64,000 nucleotides of DNA from the human T2T-CHM13v2.0 reference genome, Homo sapiens, in the NCBI RefSeq assembly GCF_009914755.1, contig NC_060939.1; one strand, given 5' to 3'. This document shows, in pieces, positions 1 to 16,000 of the stretch. The notes under the pieces are model-generated. The model had not been told where the DNA came from. It ran no database searches and saw nothing but the letters and a program-made list of their open reading frames with translations. The stretch's first letter is position 1; every line of letters begins with the position of its first letter. Position numbers and translations under genes: made by a program.

Positions 1-304
1 CAGATGATTTTGGTTCAAGAACTGTCCTCTTGACAACTACATGTCTTCTGGCAAGTTACTCAACCTCTGGGTCTCAGTTTCCTCAAATGAGTAGAACTCA
101 GCATAGAGTCAATGATGAATAAATATTAATTAACCATCATAAGTTACTGATTCTCATGAAAGGAGGCAGGAATATACAGAGGAGAGATAAAGGTAAAGGA
201 GGGAAACAGAAAGGAAAAATCATGTATACTTTGAATAATCTTTTATTTCCAATTAACTATGAAACAAACAGTTCAGAAAAATTCCATGTTGATTTTGCAA
301 AAAT

Positions 305-442
305 TTTTTTTCTTTTGTATTTTTAGTAGAGACGGGGTTTTGCCACGTTGGCCAGGCTGGTCTCGAACTCCTGACCTCGTGATGCGCCCGCCCCGGCCTC
401 CGAAAGTGCTGGGATTACAGGTATGAGCCACCACACCCAACC
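305..442 (-). mobile_element. Alu left-arm fragment
   Basis: Alu consensus. Confidence 0.85.
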
Positions 443-960
443 TGATTTTGAAAATTTTCAAATCAGAAAACAGAACCTCAAGGAATAAAACAGGAGCAAA
501 GGCAGTTTCTCCCCTTTCATGCTCACCGGAAAGAACTTTGCAATAACTAGCTCATTAGGCCTTGAAATGGCTCATTAATTAATGCTGATTCTTTAAAAAT
601 AAAATTTCCAGTGACTTGGCATTCGGATCACGTCCAAAGTTAAGATAAATTCCCGAACCCTGAGATGATGAGATTTCACTTCCACGCCACATGCCCCAGA
701 TGTTCCCTGTGTACTGTGTTTTAATGGCGGCCAAGCTGATGGACTTGCCCTCCTCTTCCTCATCTTAAGGATGGCGTGGTGGATAATTAGCACTCAGCCC
801 CTGCTCTCTCAGTTCCTCTTTTCTCCTCAGACCTCTAATGCCTGGCTCTCAGATGAGAACTTTGCTTCTTATTTCACAGAGAAAATGAAAACCATCTGAA
901 CAGAACGTCCACACCCTCTCTCTTCTACATCTCCTAATACCTTGCATCTGTATCCATATG

Positions 961-1209
961 CAGTTATCCCTCTGTATTTGCAGGGGATGGGTTCCAGGAC
1001 CCCCCACAATACCCCAACCAGACATACTCAAGTTCCACAGAACTTGAGTTCTACAGAACTGGGCCCCACAGAAACCAGTGTAGATGAAAGATCAGCCTTT
1101 CAGGTTTTACATCCCTCGAATACCATATTTTCCATCAGCAATTGGTTGAAAAAATCTGCCTGTAAGTGGATCCATGCAATTCAAACCTGTGTTGCTCAAG
1201 GGTCAACTG
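961..1209 (+). mobile_element. Tigger-derived MITE (MER8-like) within an L2 remnant
   Basis: CAGTTATCCCT...AGGGTCAACTG terminal inverted repeats. Confidence 0.75.
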
Positions 1210-1389
1210 TACTTGGCCTCTGTCATCTTATTGTGGATGAACCTTCAAGGCTCCTCCTCCTCACAGCACTAGATCTCCTCTCCTCTCCTGCCTGCATCAT
1301 CAAATGCTCCATCTCTTGCATCACTTCCATCTGCATTCATGCATGCTATTAATTCTCCCTGAAAACAAAACAAAACAAAAAACCCTCTT

Positions 1390-1775
<386 letters not shown>

Positions 1776-2442
1776 TTAAAAATCATCTCAATTTTACTTC
1801 CTCTCCAATGATTACATTCCTTCTTTCCTTTTATAATAATGATCCTTGAAATCGTTTCTCTACATGCTGACTGATTTTTCTCCTCCCATACTCTCTTGAA
1901 CCCACTTCATTCAGGCTTTCCCCCGCTACCATTCCAGCAAAATTGCTTTTCTTAAGATCATGAATGACCTCCACATTGTTAAATCCAGTGGTTATTTCTC
2001 AGTCCTTATCTTACATGACCCTCAACTAAACTGGATAGTTATCATTCCTTCCACCCTAAACACTTTCTTCACCTCACTTCCAGGACTGCAGCCTAGCAGG
2101 GAACTTGTAGTTGTCAACAGTATTAATGTTTTTCTTACCTCCTTAACTCCATCAATTAAATAATTAATTCTGAAACCCAGACTGTAGATTTGATTCCCAT
2201 CCTGGTGTTAGTTTTGTACAAAGAAAGGATGTGTTCCCAGGCAGAATGCAAATGTTGGCAGTGGGTCACAGGAGTGAGGCTGAGTCATAACCATTAGTAA
2301 GACAGCTCAGAAATCAGGGCCAGCTCATGACAGGTCTGCATGATCAGTAGGAAAGGATGTTCCTGTGACCATCTGAACAGGGGCCCACAGCAGCCCCAAG
2401 AGAGCTACTTGCTTAGAAGCTGAAACGGGGGTGTATGTTTTG

Positions 2443-3071
2443 TTTTTTTTTTTTTTTGAGACAGAGTCTCACTCTGCTGCCCAGGCTGCAGTGCTGTAGT
2501 GTGCTCATGGCTCACTGCAGCCTCAACCTCCTTGGGCTCAAGTGATCCTTCAACCTACAGCCCCCTGAGTAGCTGGGACTACAGGTATGTGCCACCACAC
2601 CCAGCTGAATTCTTTTTTTTTTTTTTTTTTTTTGAGACAGGATCTCCTCTGTCACCCAGGCTGGAGGGCGGTGGCACGATCTCAGCTCAGTGCAGCCTCA
2701 ACTCCCTGAGCTCTAGCAATCCTCCCACCTCAGCCTCCCAAGTAGCTGGGACCACAGTCATGCACCACCATGCCCAGCTAATTTTTGAATTTTTGTAAAG
2801 ATAGGGTTTTACCATGTTGCCCAGGCTGGTCTCAAATTCCTGAGCACAAGTGATCCATCTTGCTCGGCCTCCCAAAGTGCTAGGATTATAGGCATGAACC
2901 ACCACGCCTGGCCACCCAGCTAATTTTTCTTTTTCTTTTTTTTTGGTAGAGATGGGGTTTCACTATGTTGCCCAGGGTAGTCTCAATCAAACCCCTGGGG
3001 CTCAAATGATCCTCCTGCCTCGGCCTCCCAAAGTGCTAGGATTACAGGCATAAGCCACCTCACCCAGCCTG
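2443..3071 (-). mobile_element. Nested Alu-in-Alu (inner copy about 2613-2912)
   Basis: cacccagct(g)aat is duplicated around the inner copy. Confidence 0.85.
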
Positions 3072-3529
3072 GGAGTGTATAATCAGTACTGGTGCTCAGA
3101 TTCCTTCCATAGGTCCCTTCCTCCATCCCATACCAGACACTGCTAGGCACTGGGTATACAAATGCTGTAAGTAGGACACAGTCCTGCCCTCAAGGACATT
3201 ATGGTTCACACAGGGTGAGACAAGTCAAGAGCCACAGTCTGAGCCATGAATGAGCACACAGTACAGGATGTTGTGCAGGACAGGGTCCTCCCAAGGGGAC
3301 TTCTAGAAGAGAAGACTTGAATAGCAAGCAGGATTCAGCTGCAAAACTAATGCAGTAGGTAGAAGGGCAGATGGAAGCAGGGAAGAGACGGAATCTTGCT
3401 CTGTCGCCCAGGCTGGAGTGCAGTCGTGCAATCTTGGCTCACTGCAACCTCCACCTCCCAGCCTGGAGGTGGAGAAGGCACAGCGTGTGGTGGGGTGGTT
3501 TGTGCATAGCAGGATGTAAGACCAGAAAT

Positions 3530-3680
3530 TTGAATAAGGGTGAGAGTTGAGGGGAGGAAACTTAGAGGATGGGTCAATAGGGGCAGCAAACCACCATGCA
3601 CACGTATACCTATGTAACAAGCCTGCACAGTCTGCACATGTAACCCTTTTTTTTTTTTTTAGAATAAAGAAAAAACAATT
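3530..3680 (+). mobile_element. L1P 3'-terminal fragment
   Basis: cagcaaaccaccatgcacacgtatacctatgtaacaagcctgcac followed by an A-rich tail. Confidence 0.75.
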
Positions 3681-3697
3681 GAATAAAATGCTGATCA

Positions 3698-4133
<436 letters not shown>

Positions 4134-5624
4134 CTAATGATCAATGTGATTTTGTGCACCTGTGGGCCATTAACGATAACGAAGGTCGTTACTAAGATCA
4201 TTAGTAAGTATTTGAACACCGAGGATACTAGAGGGAGGATGGAAGACATTTTGATTAACAAAGAAAAAGAATATGTCCTGGGAATGATCAGGTGCTGGTG
4301 GGGAAAAACAGCAGGGAGATGAGGGAGGCAGGTCCAGAAGGACTCCAAAGTTATAGGGAAAGTATAACTGGAAAAAAACAATGAGTGAAGCAAACAGCAT
4401 TTACCTGGAAGTGCTAGAAGCCAGGAATGCAGGAAAAACTTGAGAGAAGATAAGTTTTCAAAGTAGACAAATGGTCGTGTATCAGGCCAAAAGTCTCCAA
4501 GACTTCACAACTGCCACCCCTTGAGAACTGCTATTGAAGTGGGCAGACCTGTGATTTCCAGGCTGATGGGTAATGGTATCTCAGGGTGTAAGAATCTGTA
4601 TCTTGAGAGAATTGAAATTGTCCTAGCAATCAGCATTGCATCATGCTAATCATCCTTCCTCTTATGAGCCAAGAATATTTAGCTTGTGGAACAAGCATCC
4701 ACACGCCAGAAAACAATGACGTGATTATCACATCAGAAAAATAACTCCCTCTTGCAGCCATTCTAGTCAAAACCATTCCCTGACCCTGGCAGGCCTCACC
4801 ACTGTGCCATCAGCTCAGCACACTGTTAGGAGATGGGTTCTTGCTGCAGGATAAACCCATGTATGTCTAGAGGGAGTCTAGGTTGAACTGTGGTCTGGGC
4901 CAGGCTTCCATGTCTTCTTCCTCTTCAAATGCTAAAGTAAAAAAGAATGCCAGAAGAAAAGGTGGCCATCAATAGACCAGCAACTGAGGGAATTCCTGGT
5001 AGATAGAGAACGTTATCACTACCCTTCATGAACCTATGCAATTATCTAAGAAAAAGAAAGTTTGTGTTGAAAAAGAAACAGAACTAATGGTAATTCAAAA
5101 TAGCCAGTTTAGAATCTACATTAAGTTTCTTTTTATGGCATCCATAACCGAATAATAAATGTAATAGGGAAAAATTGATAATCGGATTTGGGACTGAATT
5201 GAGTTTCACTTTCAACAACAAAGCAGAAAAGGAAATCTGAGTCCCAAGTAGCTTTAGGCACAGCCAAATTGTGAGATTTAAGTAATGTCACCAGAACTGT
5301 TTCTCCACACCCCATCCCGCCTCCGAATTTTAGACTCTCTCCTGTGTGGTGTTCTCCCCCAGGCAGGTTCCCTCCATACTCCAGTGGAAAAGAAGTGTCA
5401 CCTGATAGTGTTTACAGGAACTCTAACATCGACTCCTGCCAGCTTGGCTTAGGGGTCGGCTCTCTAGGCCAGATCTGGGTCATAGTCCCTATCTTGGGTG
5501 GAATGAAGTGAGTCAACCCCACCAGAGCCACATGGTCTAAGAACAGAGGATGGGTAGGTTCCCACAGGAAAACTGAGCTGTCATCACAAGAGGACATGGC
5601 TTTGGGGAAGGCAGACATCCTCTA

Positions 5625-7368
<1,744 letters not shown>

Positions 7369-7927
7369 TTAATACACATCCATTGGGACTAGATTCTCTA
7401 TATTCTCATTCTAGGATTCTTTTACCAATGTAATCATATGTGTGCAAGGCTATGCACAAAAAATTCCATGCAATGTTTCTAGTAGCCCCCAAAGGAGAAA
7501 CACCCTGAAATACACAGCGGTGAAAAGGTAATTAAATTAGCATATCCTGTGATAAGAATGCACTGCAACAGTCCAAACAGTAAGGCAGAGCTGCATGTTC
7601 TGGAGAGAAAGACCTCATAAGATTAAGCCAAAAGAGCAGGTCCAGTTAAGTTTTATAAAATGCAAGTATAATAATGAGTGGGAAGGCCTGCAGGGAATCA
7701 TGCTGTCAACCACCTTGCAGGTGGGTGACAGTTTGCAGAATGGAAGGGGGAGAGGAAGGAGGGACTTTGAGCTTGTGCATTAAGTGTTGGGGAAAAAAAA
7801 AGTCAAGCACCGTTACATGTATATTTAAGGAGACAATAAAAACAAATTGTCATCAATTCTACTTACTCCTAAGAATGAACGCTTATTGAATTAGGAAAGA
7901 CAACTAAGTTTTTTTTAAAGGTACAAA

Positions 7928-7933
7928 TTTATT
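7928..7933 (-). terminator. BCL2L10: BCL2L10 poly(A) signal AATAAA
   Basis: tttatt on + about 560 nt after the stop, at the end of an AU-rich UTR. Confidence 0.75.
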
Positions 7934-8493
7934 AAAACTTTGCAGTTAACAATTATTGAAGAAATTAGTATGTTAACTATAAAAACCTAGAAGTCCCAGG
8001 AATTAGATTTCAAAGGATTTGGTTTCAAAGAATTCCTTATAAGTGATTTTAACATTACATTCTTTGTTAAACTGGGACTTTTTCTACTTTGGGGATTATT
8101 TTGCCCCAGCTGTGGCCATGTTTAAAATTAGTCAGCAGCACATGAAGTTGTGGAGAGATGAGAGGTTCGCACTCTTATCCAAGTTTTAGCAAATAGCACT
8201 GTATTTCCCATTTAATGGAATGCAGTTTCTTCTGCGGTTCTTTGGCATAAAGAGGCTCTAGACTCCCCATTTCTTTCACTCAAGGAAGAGCCATTTGCAT
8301 TCTTGTCCTCACACCTGAGTACTTGTCACAAGTTAAAACACTGGCCAAATCACCACCTCAGGACTCCTTGTATGCATTCAGATAAAAACGTCTGGGGTGG
8401 GGGAAGGTGCTTTCCCTCAGTTCTTGTTCTCACACATCTGTCATTTAGTTGGTCACAGTTGGGCAGGTAGAAGCGGGTTAAAAGTTTTAAAAC

Positions 8494-8619
8494 TCATAAT
8501 AATCGTGTCCAGAGATAAATGAAGGCTGTTGTTAACAAGCATGACAGAAAAGCCTGGACCAGCTGTTTTCTCCAAAAAGCCAGTGGAAAGGGGGTCCTGA
8601 AGAAGTGACAAAAGCCATC
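8494..8619 (-). CDS. BCL2L10: BCL2L10 exon 2 coding part (DGFCHFFRTPFPLAFWRKQLVQAFLSCLLTTAFIYLWTRLL*), end of BH2 plus TM anchor
   Basis: Pyrimidine tract plus cctgtag|GAT acceptor; 41 codons then TGA at 8496-8494; total 204 aa. Confidence 0.96.
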   Translation of the reverse strand, partial: DGFCHFFRTPFPLAFWRKQLVQAFLSCLLTTAFIYLWTRLL

Positions 8620-9085
8620 CTACAGGGGGGAGAGAGAAAAGTTAGATTGCCTCATGATGCTGAGAACCTCACTCAAAACACGCAGGAACTTCCAGATTAA
8701 ACAGCAAAGTAAAGTTTGGATTTAAAAAGTAAAAGGAAAGGAAATTCTGACCAATACACATCCAGTAATGAGGAGCCCCTGAGGAGTGAGGATTGGTAAG
8801 TCTAACAGAGTGAACAGAAGCAAGCATTTAACTTTGTCACTTGGTGCAGGAACACTCATATCTTGACTCAAAACCAAGAGGAAGGTAGCTTATTATGCTC
8901 TTTTCTGAGCAAAGAAGAGATGCCTTTTGGGAAACTGTCAAGTCACTAGATTGAAAAGTTATCACCTGACACTACAGCAAGCACCAACCCCATTTAGGAA
9001 GGGAATTGAACTCCAGGCTGTGGCATTTTAACTGCAATGGGCAGAGACAAGGGTGAACTATGTTTACCCAATTTGAGAATTTCAG

Positions 9086-9378
<293 letters not shown>

Positions 9379-9700
9379 AAGAATTTCAGCTCCTTGGTGT
9401 TAAGAGATTATTCTTTCATCAACAGTGATTAGCCAAAAACAACAAAAAAAGGCTTCAACGGCCCCTTTCCAATTCTAATCTCTTCTTCAGGTACAGAGAG
9501 CCCGGAGGGGCCAGATGCCGTATTGAGACAGGGCTCAGGTGAGGCTCTTAGGCACGCAGCTGAAGGGAGTTCACCGGCCCAGAGGGTTGAAGACCAACAC
9601 TAACATTATGAACAAGGCAGGAGTTCCTGCTAACACACCTCCCACTCCCTTTCCCTTCTCAGATAGAACCCAACTTGTCACTATAGAAAGTCTAAATGGG

Positions 9701-9813
9701 GGCCAGGTGAGGTGGCTCACGTCTGTAATCCCAGAACTTTGGGAGGCTGAGGTAGACAGATCACGAGATCAAGAGATCGAGATCTTGGCCAACATGGTGA
9801 AAGCCCATCTCTA

Positions 9814-9867
<54 letters not shown>

Positions 9868-10029
9868 AGCCAGGCTTGGTGGGGCGCGCCTGTAGTCCCA
9901 GCTACTCCGGAGGCTGAGACAGGAGAATCCTTGAACCCGGGAGGCAGAGGTTGCAGTGAGCTGGGATCCACCACCGCACTCCAGCCTGGCCACAGAGCGA
10001 GACTCCGCCTCAAAGAAAAAAAGAAAAAG
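9701..10029 (+). mobile_element. Alu with (CA)n in its middle linker (9820-9864)
   Basis: TSD aa(a/g)gtctaaatgg. Confidence 0.92.
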
Positions 10030-10599
10030 GTCTAAATGGAAACTGCCCCCAGGAGGCTACATTTCGGATCAAAAAACTTGCTGGTTTTAATAGTTTGGCT
10101 ATAGGTATCCGATAACATGGGCCACTTCAGTCATTGAATCAACGCCAATAAGGTGGTGGGGAAAGAAATGGGGTCTAGCTCAGAGCCCCCAGAGGCATGC
10201 AGTGGGCTCATCACCAGGTGGCTTTCCTTGATCATCAGCTGCAGGGCAAGGGCCTGTCCCTCTAACCTTGACCACAGAGATGAAGGCTTGCAGCTGAAAG
10301 CCAGGGGCCTAGAACGTTCTCACCGAGGACTGGGTGCAGAGGACTAGAAATTAAGGAACCTTGGGTCAGCGCCACCACTGGGCGACCACCACACTCCACA
10401 ACCTCTCTGGCCAGGCTGAGAGGCGTAGGGGGTTGTGATCAATGGGTCTGAGTCTCTCCAAAGGCGCATTTAATAGGCGAAGGAGAAAAACACCCCACCT
10501 GGCTGGGGCCCCGCCATTGCTGACTTCATTGGTTGGGGATTTCTATAGGAGCAAAACGTTCAGACCTAACGTGGGTGCCCCCCTAAAAGTCCCCGACGG

Positions 10600-11600
10600 C
10601 TAAGGCCAGGGCAAGGTCCAAGTGAGCAGACCTAAGCCTGCGCAGCTGCTTCGGAACGGTTCACGGCCGTCTAAGAAGGCCGATTTCTGCCGGCCTTTCT
10701 GCCAGGGGAGGAGAAACCCCAGACTTCACAGCGAACGTTCCAGGCCCGCTGAAACGAGCCTTTCTGCTTTCACGAAACCTCGTTCCAGGGGCCTGGCGCG
10801 GTGGGTTCCTCACCGTGCCAGCCTCGTGGGCGCTTCCCGGCTGCCCGTCCCGCCCCGTGTCCCGGTGTCCGCCGCGTGCTCACCCAGCCGCCCTGAGCCT
10901 GCAGCCAGGCGCGGTGCTGCCCCATGAGCCGCGAGCTCAGCAAGGCCACCAGGCGCTGGCAGTCCCGGGCGACGTCGCCCTCCTGCTCCTTTAGCCGCGG
11001 CTGGAAGCCCCACTTCTTCCACCGGGCGGTCACCAGCGGCCCTCTCTCCAGCAGCGTCCCTGCGAAGGTCACGAGCGTCACCACTCTGCCCCAGGTGGGG
11101 CCGGGGCTGTCGGAGAGCACGGAATCCGCCATCAGCGCCACCAGCTCGAAGCGGTTCCCGGGGTAGCCGAGGTAGGCGGAGAAAAAGGACCGGTGAATCT
11201 GCCGTAACCTGGCGGCCGCGGAGCGCAGCACGGCGGCCTCGGGCGTGGATGGCGCCGGCTCGGGGGTGCCGGGTTCCCGGGCGCAGTACCCCAGGTAGTC
11301 GGCCAGCAACAGCTCGGTGCGCTCCCGCAGCGGGTCGGCCATGGTGGTGCGCTCCCGCAACTGGTCAACCATGGTCCGGCCTCTGCTGGGGGGCCGGGCC
11401 TTCGCTGGTTTTCTTGGCCCGGCCGCGCCTCCCCCAGGGTAGGGCTGCCGTGCCCCGCCCCGGCCCCCGGCCCCCGGCCCCCGGTATATTGTTTTTCAGG
11501 ACTGAGAGAAGAGCCTTTGATGGGAATCCCACCTGCACCTGTTCCAGTCCCCAAGGCAAGGCCTGGTGGTGCGCACGTGTTCGCGTAGCAATCAGATGCA
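10600..11600. promoter_or_regulatory. CpG island over BCL2L10 promoter and exon 1, with GC boxes
   Basis: Very high GC and CpG density; GGGCGG and (GGGGGCC)n just upstream of the 5' UTR. Boundaries approximate. Confidence 0.85.
10884..11372 (-). CDS. BCL2L10: BCL2-like 10 (Bcl-B/Nrh/Diva) exon 1 coding part, codons 1-163
   Basis: Translation [20 protein letters not shown]...[13 protein letters not shown] (BH1)...WLQAQGGW matches human Bcl-B. ATG in ACCATGG context; ends at phase-0 donor TGG|GTGAGC. Codon 21 is CTG (Leu). Confidence 0.97.
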
Positions 11601-11623
11601 CTGTGAGACTCGGGTTATTTAGC

Positions 11624-11872
11624 TCCAGTGGCGCGATCTTGGTTCACTGCAAGCTCCGCCTCCCAGGTTCACACCGTTCTCCTGCCTCAGCCTCCCGAGT
11701 AGCTGGGACTACAGGCGCCCGCCACCATACCTGGCTAATTTTTTTGGATTGTTTAGTGGAAACGGGGTTTCACCGTGTTAGCCGGGATGGTCTCGATCTC
11801 CTGACCTCGTGATCCGCCCGCCTCTGCCTCCCAAAGTGCTGGGATTATAGGCGTGAGCCACCGCGCCCGGCC
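11624..11872 (-). mobile_element. AluY-type copy lacking its 3' end and A tail, next to the BCL2L10 promoter
   Basis: AluY diagnostic caagctccgcc and ccgtgttagcc; CpGs retained. Confidence 0.88.
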
Positions 11873-11959
11873 ATCTAATATTTATATTAAACTTTCTCAG
11901 TTCATATTACTCCGTGGCTTCTTTCTCCTGATTGGATCCAGACTGATGCAGAATGGATA

Positions 11960-13629
11960 CTAGCAGTGGTATTTCTGGGGGTTCAGGGGTCTGGAGCATG
12001 TTGAAATAGCCCTCCCAGGGTGAAAGATGAGTTGCTGCATCTTGCATCACTACAAAAGAGGCACGGCACTTGGCAGCTGTCTTAGTCTGTCCAGGCGGCT
12101 ATAGCAGAATGCCATAGACTGGGTGACTTATAAATAAAGGCATTTATTTCTCACAGTTTTGTTGGCTAAAAAGTCCAAGGTTGAGGCCCTGGCAGGTTCT
12201 GTGTCTTGTAAGGACCTGCTTCCTGGTTCATAGACAACAGGCTTCTTGCTGTGTCCTCACATTGCAGTAGGTGTGGAGTAGCTTTCCGGGGTCTCTTTTA
12301 TAAGGACAATAATCTCATTCGTGAGGGCTCCACCTTTGTGATCTAATACCTCCCAAAGGCCCCATCTCTGAATACCATCACACTGGGGGTTAGGATTTCA
12401 ACATATGAATTTTGGGGGACACAGCCTGGAACAGTAAGCCATTTTGGACTTTGAAGGCAACATATACTGTGTTTGTGCTATTTCAACCCAATTGACAGGC
12501 TGGTGGATTGAGGAGCAGAATAAGAGAAGACTCTGCAGAAGGTTCAGGCTGCAGTAAAGCTGCCCTACCACTTGGGTCTTGTGATCCAACAGATCCAGTG
12601 GGACTTTGTCCAACAGGGATGCTGTATGGAGCCTCTGGCAAGCACTGACAGGAGAGAGTACAGACCTCTAGAATTCTAAAGTAAATCTAGAACCTCTTCT
12701 GAAGATAACTACTCTCCTTCTGAGAAGCAGGTTCTGCCTTGCTACTAGGCCTTGATAGAGGCAGAATGCCTGACCATGAAGCTTGAGCTCCCATCATGAA
12801 CTGGATGTCATCTGACCTACGTAGCCATAAAATTGGATGTATACAGCAGCCACCTATCATCAAATGGAAATGGTGTATTAGAAACAGCCCAGGCAGGTTC
12901 AGAAGGTATAAGTAAATTGTATGAGCAGGCGGCTCAGACTCTTCCAACATCAACTCCTGTTGCTTTGCCTCCTCTCCCTCATTCTACAACTATGGCTTCT
13001 TGGGATGCTGCCTATGTCCAGTTGACTGAGGGAGAAAAACCTCCAGCCTGGATTATAGATGGGTCTGTATGATGTGCTGGTACCACATGAAAGAGAACAG
13101 CTGCAGTATTCACTCACACTCACTCAGGGGTGACTGTGAAGGGCAGTGGTGAAGGAGAATCCTTCCAGTGAGCAGAAACTCAAGGCTGTCCACTATGTCT
13201 GGAGTGAGAGATGGCCAGAATACAGACCTAAATTGATTCATGGACAGTCGCTGATGGTTTAGCTGGATGGTCAGGGCCTTAAAAAGAACAGGACTGGAAG
13301 ATTGGTGACAAGAAAATCTTGGAAAGAGATATGTGGCTGAATCCCTCCGAATGGGCAGACTGAAGATATCTGCATCTCACCTGAATGCCCACCAAAGGGC
13401 ATCCACTGCAGAGAAGACCCTGAATCAGATGGACAGAATTACATGCTCTGTGGCTGTCAGCCAGCCTCTCTATGCAGCTGCTGTGGTGTCTGCTCAACGG
13501 GCCGATGAACAAAGAGCTCTTGGCAGCAGGGACAGAGGATATGTATGGGTCCAACAACATGGAATTCTCCCTCCAAAGGCTGAGCTGGCTGGTGCTTCTG
13601 CTGAGTGCCTAATCTGCCAAAGCAAATGA
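11960..13629 (+). mobile_element. ERV-L internal pol remnant (RT end, RNase H, integrase Zn finger), interrupted by a MaLR LTR
   Basis: Peptides MASWDAAYVQLTEGEKPPAWIIDGS and SHLNAHQ...GYVWVQQHG...AECLICQ resemble ERV-L RNase H and integrase. Confidence 0.8.
12078..12424 (-). mobile_element. MLT1A-type MaLR LTR
   Basis: Minus strand reads gtgtcccccaaaattcatatgttgaaatcctaaccccc...cttataaaagagacccc...gactaagaca. Confidence 0.82.
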
Positions 13630-13763
13630 TTTCTTACAGTGAACTAAATAAGTGTTGTTAGAATATAAATTTCTGTACATCAAATTCCCATTTGAACTGG
13701 TTTTGACGTCTTACTGGTTTCCTTATTAATCAGTGAGTTAAAAGCTTGGATACATGTTCATGT

Positions 13764-13769
13764 TTTATT
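13764..13769 (-). terminator. GNB5: Candidate distal GNB5 poly(A) signal AATAAA (about 7.6 kb UTR)
   Basis: tttatt on +; consistent with my recollection of a long annotated GNB5 3' UTR ending about 2.3 kb before BCL2L10 (not verified). Confidence 0.5.
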
Positions 13770-14329
13770 TGCAAGACAGTCATGATTTTACCTTTTTGTA
13801 CATTAAACTTTAGCAGCAAGAACATTGTTTTCTCTTAGATTTGCAGTAGCTTTGGGGTAAATGATAAATCCTCTGGAACTGCCATTGGTAACTCAACAAT
13901 GATGAAAAGAACTAAACAACAAATGAATAAATTAACCTCAACATAGAATTTCCAGTCCACACAATATGAGGCAGTTTGTAATAAGACTCGGTGAAAATCC
14001 TGTCTCTGCAACTTGGAAGCTGTGCAGCTATGGGCAAGTTATTCAACTCTCCTAACCTCAATCTCCCCATCTAAAAATGGGGCATCACGGGGCTGTCACA
14101 AGGATTACATGAATCGGTATATACAAAGTGCTTAGCACAGTACCTGGCACACAGTAAAAGGTTGTCACTCCACAGAAACTTTTATTTGTAAATGGTAAAT
14201 CCTCTGGCAACGGTGACTATGCTCACTTGCCCCATTATCAGCCAAAACCAAAATGTGACAATATTGGTCTTACCTATGTGGTTTCTGTTTTATTGAGAAT
14301 AGCTAGTGACTGCTTATTATTTTTTCCAC

Positions 14330-14815
14330 GTTTTAAGTAACAGCTTTATTGAGATGTAATTCATATACCAAAAAATTCACCCTCTTACAGTCCAGTGGTT
14401 TTTAGTCTATTCACAGAATTGTGCAATCACCACCATCTAATTCAGTTCCCCCCGGAGAAACTCAGTGCCCACTAACCGTCACTCCTCACCCTAGCCCTAA
14501 GTGACCACCAATCTGCTTTTTGTCTTTATGAGTTTGCTTATTAGGACCTTTCATATACATGGAATCCTACAACATGTGGCTCTTTGTCTCTGGTTTCTTT
14601 CCCCTGGCACAATATTTTCAAGGTTCATCCATGTTGCAGCATGTGTCCACGCTTTCTTTCTTTGTATTCCATTCTGTGGATGCGCCATATTTTGTTCATC
14701 GATTCATCCACTGTGGAACATTGGGGCTGTTTCAGCTTTGGGCTATTATGAGTAATGCTGCTATGAACATTTGCATTCAAATTTCTGTGTGGACATATGT
14801 TTTAATTTCCCTTGG
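14330..14815 (-). mobile_element. L1M 3'-end fragment
   Basis: cagctttattgagatgtaattcatatacc...ttcaaggttcatccatgttgcagc, typical L1MB/MC 3' UTR. Confidence 0.75.
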
Positions 14816-15231
14816 GGAGGCTGCCAATTACCGTGGAAAACACACAGGTTGGAAACAGTGACCTCTGCTTCATGGTTCCTGGTTTCTGACAAAGTTAATC
14901 TTTCACCATTGGTGTGCTGGTTAGATAACCTTGGGTTCAAAGACAGACATTTCCTGTTGTCACAGTCTTTACATAAACGCTCATACCATACTTACGATTA
15001 GTTGTTTATGTGGGTTAAATTAACCATGGAATCACTCCTGATCCCATCTCCTTACTAGAGGGTCTGCATCTTTTTTTCTGGTCCTATTTTTAAAAATAAT
15101 GATCTTTAATTGACACATAATTGTATGTATTTATGGGGTACAGTGTGTTATTTTGATACATGTATACAATGTGTAATGATCAGGGTAATTAGCATATTAA
15201 TCCCTTAAATGTCTATCATTTGTGTTGGGAA

Positions 15232-16000
<769 letters not shown>

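Noticed and set aside
11249-11812. 187-aa plus-strand ORF antisense to BCL2L10
   Set aside because: Stop-poor GC-rich island running into an Alu; no recognisable domain.
12833-13629. ERV-L pol ORFs as a domesticated gene
   Set aside because: Short fragments with stops and frameshifts; the integrase His residues are degraded.
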